This document shows, in pieces, positions 29,417-38,115 of a DNA stretch of 64,000 nucleotides. The position numbers and the translations under genes are program-made. Source of the stretch: Candidatus Poribacteria bacterium (lineage in GTDB: Bacteria; Poribacteria; WGA-4E; JAJDTR01); assembly GCA_965220415.1 (NCBI GenBank), contig OZ244829.1, positions 145,327 to 209,326 on the forward strand, given 5' to 3'. The notes beneath the pieces are model-generated. The model saw nothing but the letters and a program-made list of their open reading frames with translations. It ran no database searches and had not been told where the DNA came from. How positions within the stretch are numbered: the stretch's first letter is position 1; each line of letters starts with the position of its first letter.

Positions 29417-30820
29417 TTGGAGGATTGGAAAATGTCATCAATTCTGATTGTAGACGATGAACACGCACAGCGGACCATATTGCGAAGCGTTCTGAAGCGA
29501 GAGGGTTATGAGGTTGAAACGGCAAAGAACCGTTCCGACGCGCTTGAAAAAATGGGAAAAAGATTGTTTGATGTGGTTCTCAGTGATATGCGCATGACAT
29601 CACAAATGGAGGGACGCGATCTGCTCAAAGAGATAAAACAGCAAGATCCCGACATACCCGTGCTCATCATGACAGCTTATGCGGAAATAGGCGACGCCGT
29701 GGACCTCGTTGCACGAGAAGGCGCTTTCTACTACCTCGAGAAGCCGATTGACATTGATGTGCTCAAAAAAGAACTCAAACGTGCGGTGGACTTAAGGGGT
29801 GTTCCACCAGTCCGGGATGAAGATGGCAATCAGGCAGTTCCCGATATAGAATTTGAGACGGTTGTAGGACAAAGTTCACAGATGAAACAGTTATTCAGGA
29901 TTATGTGTCGTATTATCCATCGCGGCGTAAATCAAGTATTGATTACCGGAGAGACCGGTACGGGTAAAGAGGTGGTTGCAAAAGCGATTCACGGATATGG
30001 GAAGCGCCAGGATAAGCCGTTTGTCCCGATAAACTGCAATGCCATCCCCGAACTACTTATAGAGAGTGAATTGTTTGGACATGAAAAGGGATCGTTCACG
30101 GGCGCTGACCATCAGAAGATAGGACAGTTTGAGCTTGGGAATGGAGGAACGGTTTTCCTTGATGAAATTGGTGATGTTCCGCTGAACATGCAGAGTAAAC
30201 TCCTTCGAGTTTTGCAGGAGCGCGAGGTTTCACGTGTAGGCGGTACTAAACCGATTGAGGTTGATGTCTGCGTCATCGCGGCAACGAACAAAGACCTGAA
30301 AGCACTCTGCGAGACAGGTGAGTTTCGAGACGATCTCTACTTTCGACTAAACGTTATCCCGCTTCATGTTCCTTCGTTAAGGGATCGAAGAGGCGACATC
30401 CCCATCTTGGTCAATCATTTCCTGAATAAATTCAGTAAAGAGTATCTTGATGCAGAACAAAAATCCGTGACTCCACGGGCGATATCCGCGCTTCGACGAT
30501 ACGATTGGCCCGGGAATGTTCGTCAACTGGAGAACTATCTACATAGAATATTTGTACTTTCCGAAAACGAGGCAATCGATCTTGATGACCTTCCTCCCGA
30601 CATCTCGGATGGCGTCCCGCCGCCAGCGGATTTCCAAGTTGAGATTCCGGAGCAGGGCGTGTCCCTTGAGGACATTATGAAGGAATATATACAGGTGGCG
30701 CTTTCCAAGACGAATGGCAACCAGACAAAAGCGGCGGAACTATTGGGAATCTCGCGACGCCGACTTCAGAATCGGATTCAGAACTACGGTATCGATAGCC
30801 AAGAGTTCAAGAACGGCTAA
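29417..30820 (+). CDS. Sigma54-dependent response regulator (NtrC/AtoC family); likely start 29432
   Basis: Receiver domain, GETGTGKE, GSFTGA (GAFTGA variant), WPGNVRQL and a Fis-type HTH. Confidence 0.93.
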   Translation: MEDWKMSSILIVDDEHAQRTILRSVLKREGYEVETAKNRSDALEKMGKRLFDVVLSDMRMTSQMEGRDLLKEIKQQDPDIPVLIMTAYAEIGDAVDLVAREGAFYYLEKPIDIDVLKKELKRAVDLRGVPPVRDEDGNQAVPDIEFETVVGQSSQMKQLFRIMCRIIHRGVNQVLITGETGTGKEVVAKAIHGYGKRQDKPFVPINCNAIPELLIESELFGHEKGSFTGADHQKIGQFELGNGGTVFLDEIGDVPLNMQSKLLRVLQEREVSRVGGTKPIEVDVCVIAATNKDLKALCETGEFRDDLYFRLNVIPLHVPSLRDRRGDIPILVNHFLNKFSKEYLDAEQKSVTPRAISALRRYDWPGNVRQLENYLHRIFVLSENEAIDLDDLPPDISDGVPPPADFQVEIPEQGVSLEDIMKEYIQVALSKTNGNQTKAAELLGISRRRLQNRIQNYGIDSQEFKNG

Positions 30821-30847
30821 AACTGCGCAATCGCTGATAATCTTGGA

Positions 30848-32059
30848 ATGGGGAGATTTTGGATGAACTCACATCAACTTACGCGATTGTTGTTTTTGAT
30901 TGCGTTTATGGTGTTGATTGCGGGCATTTCCGCATGCGATCAAGTGGTTTCGGTTTTGTCTAGAGACGCTTTATCGGAGGCGGATGGTGCAACGGGCGAG
31001 ATTTCTATCGGTGTTGTTCTATCTCTGACGGGTCCACCCGCCGCTGCGTATGGGCTACCCATGCAACGTGGATTCGAGTTGGCTCTTGATGGGATTAACG
31101 GTTCACAACTTGGCGCCGAAAGGATAAAACTTATCCCTATAGACGACGGTGGAAGCGTCGAGGGCGCGGTAAAAGCGTATAATGACCTAATTAATATCCA
31201 CGGTGTTCACGTTATTTTGGGCCCCGGTTATTCAAACCAAGTGCAAGCAACTTTTCCCATTGCGCAACAAAATGAAGTTGTGGCTATAAGTTCTCTATCT
31301 TCTGCCACAGGTTTGGGGTCGATAGGCGATTTTTGCTTCCGCTCCGGCCTTACGAATGATGTACTGATTCCCGGTAGCGTCGAGGCGACTCGGGCAAAAC
31401 TGGGCTACCGGAAAGTGGCAACACTTCATGATGAAATCGATTTCTATTCAACCGATAGTAACCGAGTGGTGCGGGAATCACTTAACGCAAATGGTGTAAC
31501 GATTCTTGCCATCGAAGCCTTCCAAACCAGCGATGCAGACTTTTCCGTGCAGTTGAATCGGATCCTGGAGTTAAGTCCTGACGCCATTTTTATTTCCGCT
31601 TTGGCACCGGATATTCCCGAGATAATAATTCAGGGGCGCGGCATCGGCATACCCTATTCCGTGCCGTTTATCGTTCCATACATGACCAAGGACGAAGTGG
31701 AAGCGGCTGGGCTTGCTGCCGAGGGTTCGATTTCGTTTACCAGTTGGACCAGCGCCGCAAACACGCCCGGAAATCAGGATTTTGTTCGGAACTATCAGTC
31801 GAGGTACGGAATCGAACCTGAGACGTGGGCGGCGCAGACATATGCCACGCTCTACATTGTGGTCGAAGCGATGATGAATGCTCAATCGACTAGTTCAACA
31901 GCAATCCGTGATGCCTTAATGAACATTGCCGATTTTGACACGGTGTTGGGGCAGTTCTCGTTTAACGAAAATGGGGATGCTGCTTATGCACCAAAGGTGC
32001 TGATTGTCCGCGACGGGGAGCTTGTAGACCTTGACGATGGTGAATTACATTTCGAGTGA
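30848..32059 (+). CDS. ABC transporter substrate-binding lipoprotein (Leu/Ile/Val-binding family)
   Basis: Lipobox ISAC; IGVVLSLTG and FQTSDADFS motifs. Confidence 0.88.
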   Translation: MGRFWMNSHQLTRLLFLIAFMVLIAGISACDQVVSVLSRDALSEADGATGEISIGVVLSLTGPPAAAYGLPMQRGFELALDGINGSQLGAERIKLIPIDDGGSVEGAVKAYNDLINIHGVHVILGPGYSNQVQATFPIAQQNEVVAISSLSSATGLGSIGDFCFRSGLTNDVLIPGSVEATRAKLGYRKVATLHDEIDFYSTDSNRVVRESLNANGVTILAIEAFQTSDADFSVQLNRILELSPDAIFISALAPDIPEIIIQGRGIGIPYSVPFIVPYMTKDEVEAAGLAAEGSISFTSWTSAANTPGNQDFVRNYQSRYGIEPETWAAQTYATLYIVVEAMMNAQSTSSTAIRDALMNIADFDTVLGQFSFNENGDAAYAPKVLIVRDGELVDLDDGELHFE

Positions 32060-32384
32060 CGGCATGTAGCAAAAATCTGAACGACTTAAGCGTGAAGATT
32101 CCCCTGTTCAGCCCGCGTTGCTAACTTATTGATACGACATTCCTTCCTTTTTGGACACCAAATCTCGACACACCATCTTGATCCGGTTATCAACGCTAAT
32201 TTAACGGACAAATGGGAGGTCAGTGCCCATGTTTATTTGCCTGCCAAGCGGTCAATTCTTTTCCTTGAACCCTGCTTTCACAGACTGTACAGGGACACCA
32301 AAACAACCTGCTTTACCACATCAATAGTCTTGGGAACAACAAAAGTTTAACTATTATCCAGATTATGAAGGACAGAGGAAAACA

Positions 32385-33362
32385 ATGGCTATTTTTAGAT
32401 TAGAGGGTGACGACATGTCCAAAGCGGCACTCATTATTGCGAAAGAAACAAACCTTGAACTTGAACGCTATCTGGAGGACTGGCTCGAAAACAGTCCGCG
32501 GGTGCTTTCACACGAACCAATTCTCTGGATTGGCAGGCAAACGAGTGCTACAGATGAAGGCGGAACCGTCTATTCTGATTTACTTGGGGTGGATATTGGC
32601 GGGAACCTCGTCATCGCTGAACTGAAAAAGGGGCGTACGCCGCGCGAAATAATAGCACAACTGCTTGATTACGCGGCATGGGCAGATGAACTTTCAGAAT
32701 CCCAGATTCATGAGATTGCTGAAGCTTACTTTGAAACTCGCGATAAATTCAAAGCCAAAAGTTTCCCGGATGCCTTCAGAGAAGTTTTTGACATACCTGA
32801 AACCGATGAACTTCCCCCACTCAATCGGAACTTGCGTCTGTTCATAGTTGCAGAAGAATTTCCTCCGCGGGTCGCGCGAGTTTGCCGATTTCTTCGAACT
32901 TCACACGGTATGGATGTCAGTTGTATAGATATTTCCACCTTTAAGACGGAGTCTGGCGAGGTGCTCGTCAGTACAGAAACAAAGGTCGGAGATGAAGGAT
33001 TCACTGCTCCTAGTGCCCAGCAACGACATCCTTCACCTCCTTCGCGATGGTCGGGCGATAAACCTGTAAAAGAAGTGGTGTGGGAAGCGGTACGGGAATT
33101 CACACAAGACAAAACGGATGAAGAGTTCACAATCAGGGATATTACAGCGATTATTTTGAAGAAAGATCTTGATTTCAAGAAAGAAACAGTAAATGGACAG
33201 ATAACTGCGGATACTGTCAATCACCCTTCGCGCCGTTATCATTCCGCCACTGAGGATAGGTACTGGAGAATAGCAACTGGAAGGTACCGTTTGTATAATC
33301 CTGAAACGGACAAGTTGGAAGAAGACTCGGCAGAAACCATAACCACTGACGAGATTTCATAG
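32385..33362 (+). CDS. NucS/DUF91-like PD-(D/E)xK nuclease with an additional C-terminal domain
   Basis: DLLGVD..VIAELKKG..REIIAQLLDY; C-terminal NHPSRRYH...DRYW...GRYRLY. Confidence 0.7.
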   Translation: MAIFRLEGDDMSKAALIIAKETNLELERYLEDWLENSPRVLSHEPILWIGRQTSATDEGGTVYSDLLGVDIGGNLVIAELKKGRTPREIIAQLLDYAAWADELSESQIHEIAEAYFETRDKFKAKSFPDAFREVFDIPETDELPPLNRNLRLFIVAEEFPPRVARVCRFLRTSHGMDVSCIDISTFKTESGEVLVSTETKVGDEGFTAPSAQQRHPSPPSRWSGDKPVKEVVWEAVREFTQDKTDEEFTIRDITAIILKKDLDFKKETVNGQITADTVNHPSRRYHSATEDRYWRIATGRYRLYNPETDKLEEDSAETITTDEIS

Positions 33363-33706
33363 TCGGGATTTCTGATATTGTACAACCTGTGAAATCTCTA
33401 TCGATCAACTGAACGGATAGTGAAGGCGATAGGAAATCCTACTCACTATCTGTTCCTTTGATCGCCGCTGGGGCTCTGATGTGAACGACTCGCTGGGGCT
33501 ATACACCTGTCGCGCCGCTGGCGCTTTCAATGCCTAGTGCACCCTACAGACTTTGGTTTTGCAAAAATCGATCTAAGACTCTATGCTGACGCAAGGCGAA
33601 GAAGGCAGTATGTGGAAGGGATACGAGAATCTTGATTGGAAGGTAAAACGCTGAGATCCTGTCGGTCCTCCAACCCTGTAGGACGAATTAGACGCTTGCG
33701 GGAATT

Positions 33707-34150
33707 TCAATATCGCGGAAGGCTGGGAGCAATCTCGGATGCCCACCGGTCAATACCGCCAACGAGACTTCTAACTCGTTTGAACCCTAGTTGTTGCAGA
33801 AGATAAGTTGCGTCCAGACTTCGCATTCCACGATGGCAGTAAATCACAATCTCTACATACGGATTTAACTCACGAATACGTCTCGGTAGTTCTGCCAAAG
33901 GAATCCATAACGCCCTATCAAGATGTACTGTCCGGTATTCCCATTCATCTCGAACATCAAGCAAAACTAGTGTTTTCTTCTGATCCATCATGCGTTTCAG
34001 GGTACGGGGTTCGATGGAGTTTTCCGCGGGATTGAAGGGAAGGATGGCTTCCTCGGTGCTGGGGACTGCGCGAGGTAGACGTTTCTTGGATGGGAAATTG
34101 ATATATGTGTCGAAAAATTCTTGAAATGTCTCTTTAATTCCCTTCAGCAT
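33707..34150 (-). CDS. Rhodanese-like domain protein
   Basis: LLDVRDEWEY, IYCHRGMRS and SLVGGIDRW motifs. Confidence 0.9.
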   Translation of the reverse strand: MLKGIKETFQEFFDTYINFPSKKRLPRAVPSTEEAILPFNPAENSIEPRTLKRMMDQKKTLVLLDVRDEWEYRTVHLDRALWIPLAELPRRIRELNPYVEIVIYCHRGMRSLDATYLLQQLGFKRVRSLVGGIDRWASEIAPSLPRY

Positions 34151-34261
34151 CCGTTGTTACTCCCTGATAAGGACAATATTTTTAATTGCCTTAAAGGTTT
34201 CCATGCGTGAAGATCCAATTATAATCGAAAATCTTAAAGAATGTCAAGGGGCTGATTTCAG

Positions 34262-36364
34262 CTAGAATCTCACGCTTACTCCCACAGTTGGAAGAATTGG
34301 AAAGAACGGTTCTTCGCTTACATCACAGTCAAGCAAAACATTTGTGAGGTCATCACGCTCTTCGATGAAAACGTATTCGTGAACGTTAGATCTGTTGTAC
34401 AGGTTTAGTACCTGTAGATACCAAGAAAGTTGCCAGCTATTGTGTGGGCTTGTCTTTGTCAATCGGAAGTCAAGACTATGAAATGCCGGTAAACGCTCCG
34501 TATTATAATCTCCGAAGTTACGTTCGCAGACGGATTGACCCTCAAGGAGCTTTACAACTGAATGTGTAAGATTTGTGGTTGGGTTACCGGTATGAAAACG
34601 CCACGCGAAATGCAGTTGCCATTCCCGCGAGAGACGATAGTTGCCGTTAAGCGCCACGGTATGCCTTTGGTCGAACTCTCGAAAATATTCCGTGCCAAAT
34701 ACTGATGGAAATACTGATGTCGAATCTTCCCTAGCTTTTGCTACCGAAAACGCGTATCCGAGACTCCCAGTCAATCTATCGGATATTACGCCGTTCACGA
34801 AAAGGTCAATGCCTTTCGCGCTACCCGAATGCGCCGGAGCTATGATTCGCGTTTGCCTACCGTAGTCGGGAATGTGCCCAATCAGATTCGACAAATTTTT
34901 ATAGTAGGCTTCGGCGCGTAGGAGGAATTTATTCGGCAAAACATAATCGCCTCCGATGATATAGTGTATCGCTTGTTCTGCACGACCAATGTCATCAACA
35001 CCATCCTCAACGGGAATTGTAATTAAGTCTGTGGGCTGATGGTAAAAGCCCCAAGCGGTGCGCAGGACAAGATTCTCAATTGGCCTGTATGCCAAAGCAA
35101 TCCGCGGGCTTAGTTCATGTTTTTGAACGTTCGCCTGACGGTAATTCTGAAATAGGTAACGTGTACCTATGTTTACTCCCAACTTTGGATGAAGTTGCCA
35201 TTGCTCTTGCAGAAAACCTTTCACGGAGGAGCCGTGGGCGTCAACTTTCGCCCACGTTTTTCGTTTGAGGTTGCACAGCGAACACCGACTCCGGATGAAC
35301 TGCGCGGTCGTCTGTCCGTATGTTGGCACGGAATAGTTGTAATCCGCAACGGACCAGCGCCATTCAAGCCCGGCTCGTAATGTGTGCACACTGAGGAATT
35401 GTGCGTTAATCTCCGTTTTTGCACCTAAGAAACCGAAATCTCGGGTATCAATTCCATTTACACCCTCTTGTCGGTCCCGGGTCGCTAGACCGTTGAACAG
35501 AAAGAGATCGGACCATACGTCTCGGTTGAAGTGATGACGCCACTTTGTCCACACCAAAGCGTTTTGATACCGAGAGTTGAGATCGTTTTCATCGTCCTCT
35601 TCATTGATTCGATTTTTGTCCCAAGCGTACAAACCGTTGAGGGTTAATGTGTCTTGGGCTGTCAGGTCGTAAGTGATTTTGCCGTACAAATCTGCATATT
35701 GCGGCTTCAATTCCTCGTCGGCACCCATCAAAGCAAGGATAACGTCGACGTAACCGCGCCGTGCCGAGAGCAGCCATGAGCCGCTTTGGGACAGGGGCCC
35801 TTCCAAAAGCGCGTGCGCATTTATCAAATCAATGCCAAGATTTGCGGTGAATTCCTCTCGATTGCCCTCTTTAACATTGATATCAAATACTCCTGACAGC
35901 TTGTCACCGTATTCGGCGGGGAAACCTCCCATTAATAGATCCGCCCGACGTACCAGTCCAAGGTCAATTATTGAAACAGCACCTCCATAATCCTGCAAGT
36001 GGTATGGGTCGTACAACTCCATTCCGTCCAGTCTGACCAGGATTTCGTCCTTTTCGCCTCCGCGTAGGTTAAAGCGAGCGCTGAACTCGTTGGACACGAC
36101 ACCCGGAATAATATGTGCAGCACGCGCTATATCGTTGTCAATTAAAGGAAGTGATTCGATGTCTCGCTTAGTGAGAGAAACAACTGACGCTGTCTCTCCG
36201 AGAATCGTAAATTTCCCCGGGGTAACAATGATAGGTGAGAGTTTGACAGGTTCTGTCGTCTCTTCGGCGAAAACGAGACCATGCACGGCGAAGAAAGCGA
36301 GAAGAACAAGGATGGCGGCGCGAGAATAAATGGAATTTGGCGAGGGCGTTGATGAGGAAGCCAT
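34262..36364 (-). CDS. TonB-dependent receptor
   Basis: Signal peptide; plug motifs RGG, GGFPAEYG..LSGV; NLYNR; C-terminal Phe (VSVRF). Confidence 0.9.
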   Translation of the reverse strand: MASSSTPSPNSIYSRAAILVLLAFFAVHGLVFAEETTEPVKLSPIIVTPGKFTILGETASVVSLTKRDIESLPLIDNDIARAAHIIPGVVSNEFSARFNLRGGEKDEILVRLDGMELYDPYHLQDYGGAVSIIDLGLVRRADLLMGGFPAEYGDKLSGVFDINVKEGNREEFTANLGIDLINAHALLEGPLSQSGSWLLSARRGYVDVILALMGADEELKPQYADLYGKITYDLTAQDTLTLNGLYAWDKNRINEEDDENDLNSRYQNALVWTKWRHHFNRDVWSDLFLFNGLATRDRQEGVNGIDTRDFGFLGAKTEINAQFLSVHTLRAGLEWRWSVADYNYSVPTYGQTTAQFIRSRCSLCNLKRKTWAKVDAHGSSVKGFLQEQWQLHPKLGVNIGTRYLFQNYRQANVQKHELSPRIALAYRPIENLVLRTAWGFYHQPTDLITIPVEDGVDDIGRAEQAIHYIIGGDYVLPNKFLLRAEAYYKNLSNLIGHIPDYGRQTRIIAPAHSGSAKGIDLFVNGVISDRLTGSLGYAFSVAKAREDSTSVFPSVFGTEYFREFDQRHTVALNGNYRLSREWQLHFAWRFHTGNPTTNLTHSVVKLLEGQSVCERNFGDYNTERLPAFHSLDFRLTKTSPHNSWQLSWYLQVLNLYNRSNVHEYVFIEERDDLTNVLLDCDVSEEPFFPILPTVGVSVRF

Positions 36365-36393
36365 AGTGTTCTCCGGTGATTCAGTCGTTGACG

Positions 36394-36422
36394 ATTATAG
36401 CACGCCCAATCTCTCTCGTCAA
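36394..36422 (-). promoter_or_regulatory. Near-consensus sigma70 promoter of the TonB-dependent receptor gene
   Basis: Minus strand TTGACG, 17-nt spacer, TATAAT. Confidence 0.75.
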
Positions 36423-36864
36423 ACGGGAAGGGCAGTCCGGTCAGATTACGCACTTTCCGCAGAAACAGCCGTTTTTGTTCATTGTTGTCGCTCTCGTGTC
36501 AAGTGGAGACGGGACGTTGGGGACTATATGGAGCGTAAGGCAACCGATAGAACGGATACCACGGTAACGCACGGGGAATCTCGCACGAGCGTGACTAAGC
36601 TACGGTGGGTCAACCCGGACACTCCAGAGATTTCACCTCCGCTGGGCTCGGACCTGAGCCGAAGGCAAATTTGGCTGTCCCGATTGCCCTTTAATCTCCA
36701 CGAGTTATGCGCGAGACGTGTGTTTCACGATGATAATTCTGCACCGGAATCTTTCTTGAAACAGCGGGGTGGATGTGTTCGATAGAAGACGGGAAATCAC
36801 AGTTTGCTTGTTGTGCCTAGGCGCAGTCTCAGAATCCCCGCGGCTAACGGATTGACGTTTTGAC

Positions 36865-36893
36865 TTGACGATTCGCAGGGGGTTATGTAGAAT
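36865..36893 (+). promoter_or_regulatory. sigma70 promoter of the envelope operon
   Basis: TTGACG, 17-nt spacer ending in TG, TAGAAT. It abuts the track's ATG at 36894, so the real start is probably 36918 (after GGAG). Confidence 0.65.
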
Positions 36894-37310
36894 ATGACCG
36901 AAGATGTGGAGATGAAGATGCTAACCTATTGCTCCCCCGTATGTTTCTTAGTCTCTTTCGTGGTTGTCCTTTCAGGTTGTGGGATATCCTCCGATAAAGT
37001 CTCGGTAAATCAATATAATGACTTCGGGATTCGATCCGCCGAATCCAAGCTTTGGAACGAGGCAATCTTCCGTTGGAATCAGGTTCTTAATATCGATCCG
37101 CGGAGTGCCAAGGCACATAATAATCTCGGTGTCGCCTTTGAGGCCTTGGGACGGATTGATGAGGCGCTCGAATCTTATAAGCGTGCGACAGAGTTGGATT
37201 CAAACAGCAAGTATTATCGATTTAACTATCGGAAGTGTCGCCTGCAGGTGGAACGCAATAAGAAAGATTCGAGTGTCGAGAACGATGAAAAAGAGGAACG
37301 AACAGAGTAG
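36894..37310 (+). CDS. TPR-containing lipoprotein; likely start 36918
   Basis: Lipobox LSGC; TPR motif AHNNLGVAFEALGRIDEALESY. Confidence 0.85.
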   Translation: MTEDVEMKMLTYCSPVCFLVSFVVVLSGCGISSDKVSVNQYNDFGIRSAESKLWNEAIFRWNQVLNIDPRSAKAHNNLGVAFEALGRIDEALESYKRATELDSNSKYYRFNYRKCRLQVERNKKDSSVENDEKEERTE

Positions 37311-37379
37311 GGTTATATCCTTTTCGACGTGGAGCCATGTGTACGTGTACAGGATTCGTAATCCCGAGATGAGGGCAAA

Positions 37380-38087
37380 ATGGGTAGTCGCGCTACCTTA
37401 ATAGTGGTGCTTTTGCTAATCTTTAGTAGTTGTGGAAGGTCGATTTCACGAGTAACGATACCCATCCAAGTTGATTCTGAAATTGACACCGATCAGTTTT
37501 CAAACTTCGCAGTTTTACCGTTTGTGAAGGACACAACCAAAGATGAGTCTGACAACGTGGATATAGGGGAGGAGATCGCGGCTACCATGCGGCGTAGGAT
37601 TGGAAGACATAAAAACTACAACGTTGTAGGTAGTCAAGAGACAGATCGACTAATGATAGGTGAAACCATTGATTCCGAGTTCCTAGCCGATATGGATGAG
37701 CTTACACGGTTGGGCGGTTATTTCGAGGTAGACGGGCTAATCGCAGGTAGCTACAAATATTATACAGTCAACCAACCAAGAACCTATTACGGAGAACATT
37801 ATTCCCCGACGCGAAGACAGTACGTAATGGCTCATCAAGATTATATACAGCGGATATACATATTGGCGTTGCGGGTGATAATTGTAGATGTCGATTCGGA
37901 GAAGATTGTCTGGGATGAAAAATATGAACGTACCGCAGTCGAAAATCATGTGTTAGGATCTTTTCTTGTTTCGCAGATTACGCCGCGGGACACTATCTTG
38001 AAATCACTAACCAAGCAAGCCGTCACGGAATTTATCCGTCGGATAGCACCACATTATGAGACCGAAGTAAGGTTTCTGGTCAAGTAA
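37380..38087 (+). CDS. Lipoprotein with a CsgG/TolB-N-like (GNA1162-type) fold
   Basis: Lipobox FSSC; FAVLPF, VDGLIAG and IVDVDSEKIVW motifs. Confidence 0.6.
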   Translation: MGSRATLIVVLLLIFSSCGRSISRVTIPIQVDSEIDTDQFSNFAVLPFVKDTTKDESDNVDIGEEIAATMRRRIGRHKNYNVVGSQETDRLMIGETIDSEFLADMDELTRLGGYFEVDGLIAGSYKYYTVNQPRTYYGEHYSPTRRQYVMAHQDYIQRIYILALRVIIVDVDSEKIVWDEKYERTAVENHVLGSFLVSQITPRDTILKSLTKQAVTEFIRRIAPHYETEVRFLVK

Positions 38088-38115
38088 CCAACTCGAATCT
38101 GCTGAAGAGGAATAC

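Noticed and set aside
32060-32380. Possible transposase or RT remnant
   Set aside because: Only short protein-like fragments with multiple stops; I could not assign a family.
36330-36860. 151-aa ORF, or a cobalamin riboswitch upstream of the TonB receptor
   Set aside because: No B12-box motifs found. The receptor's promoter is only about 30 nt from its start codon, leaving no room for a riboswitch. The ORF overlaps that promoter and has no motifs.
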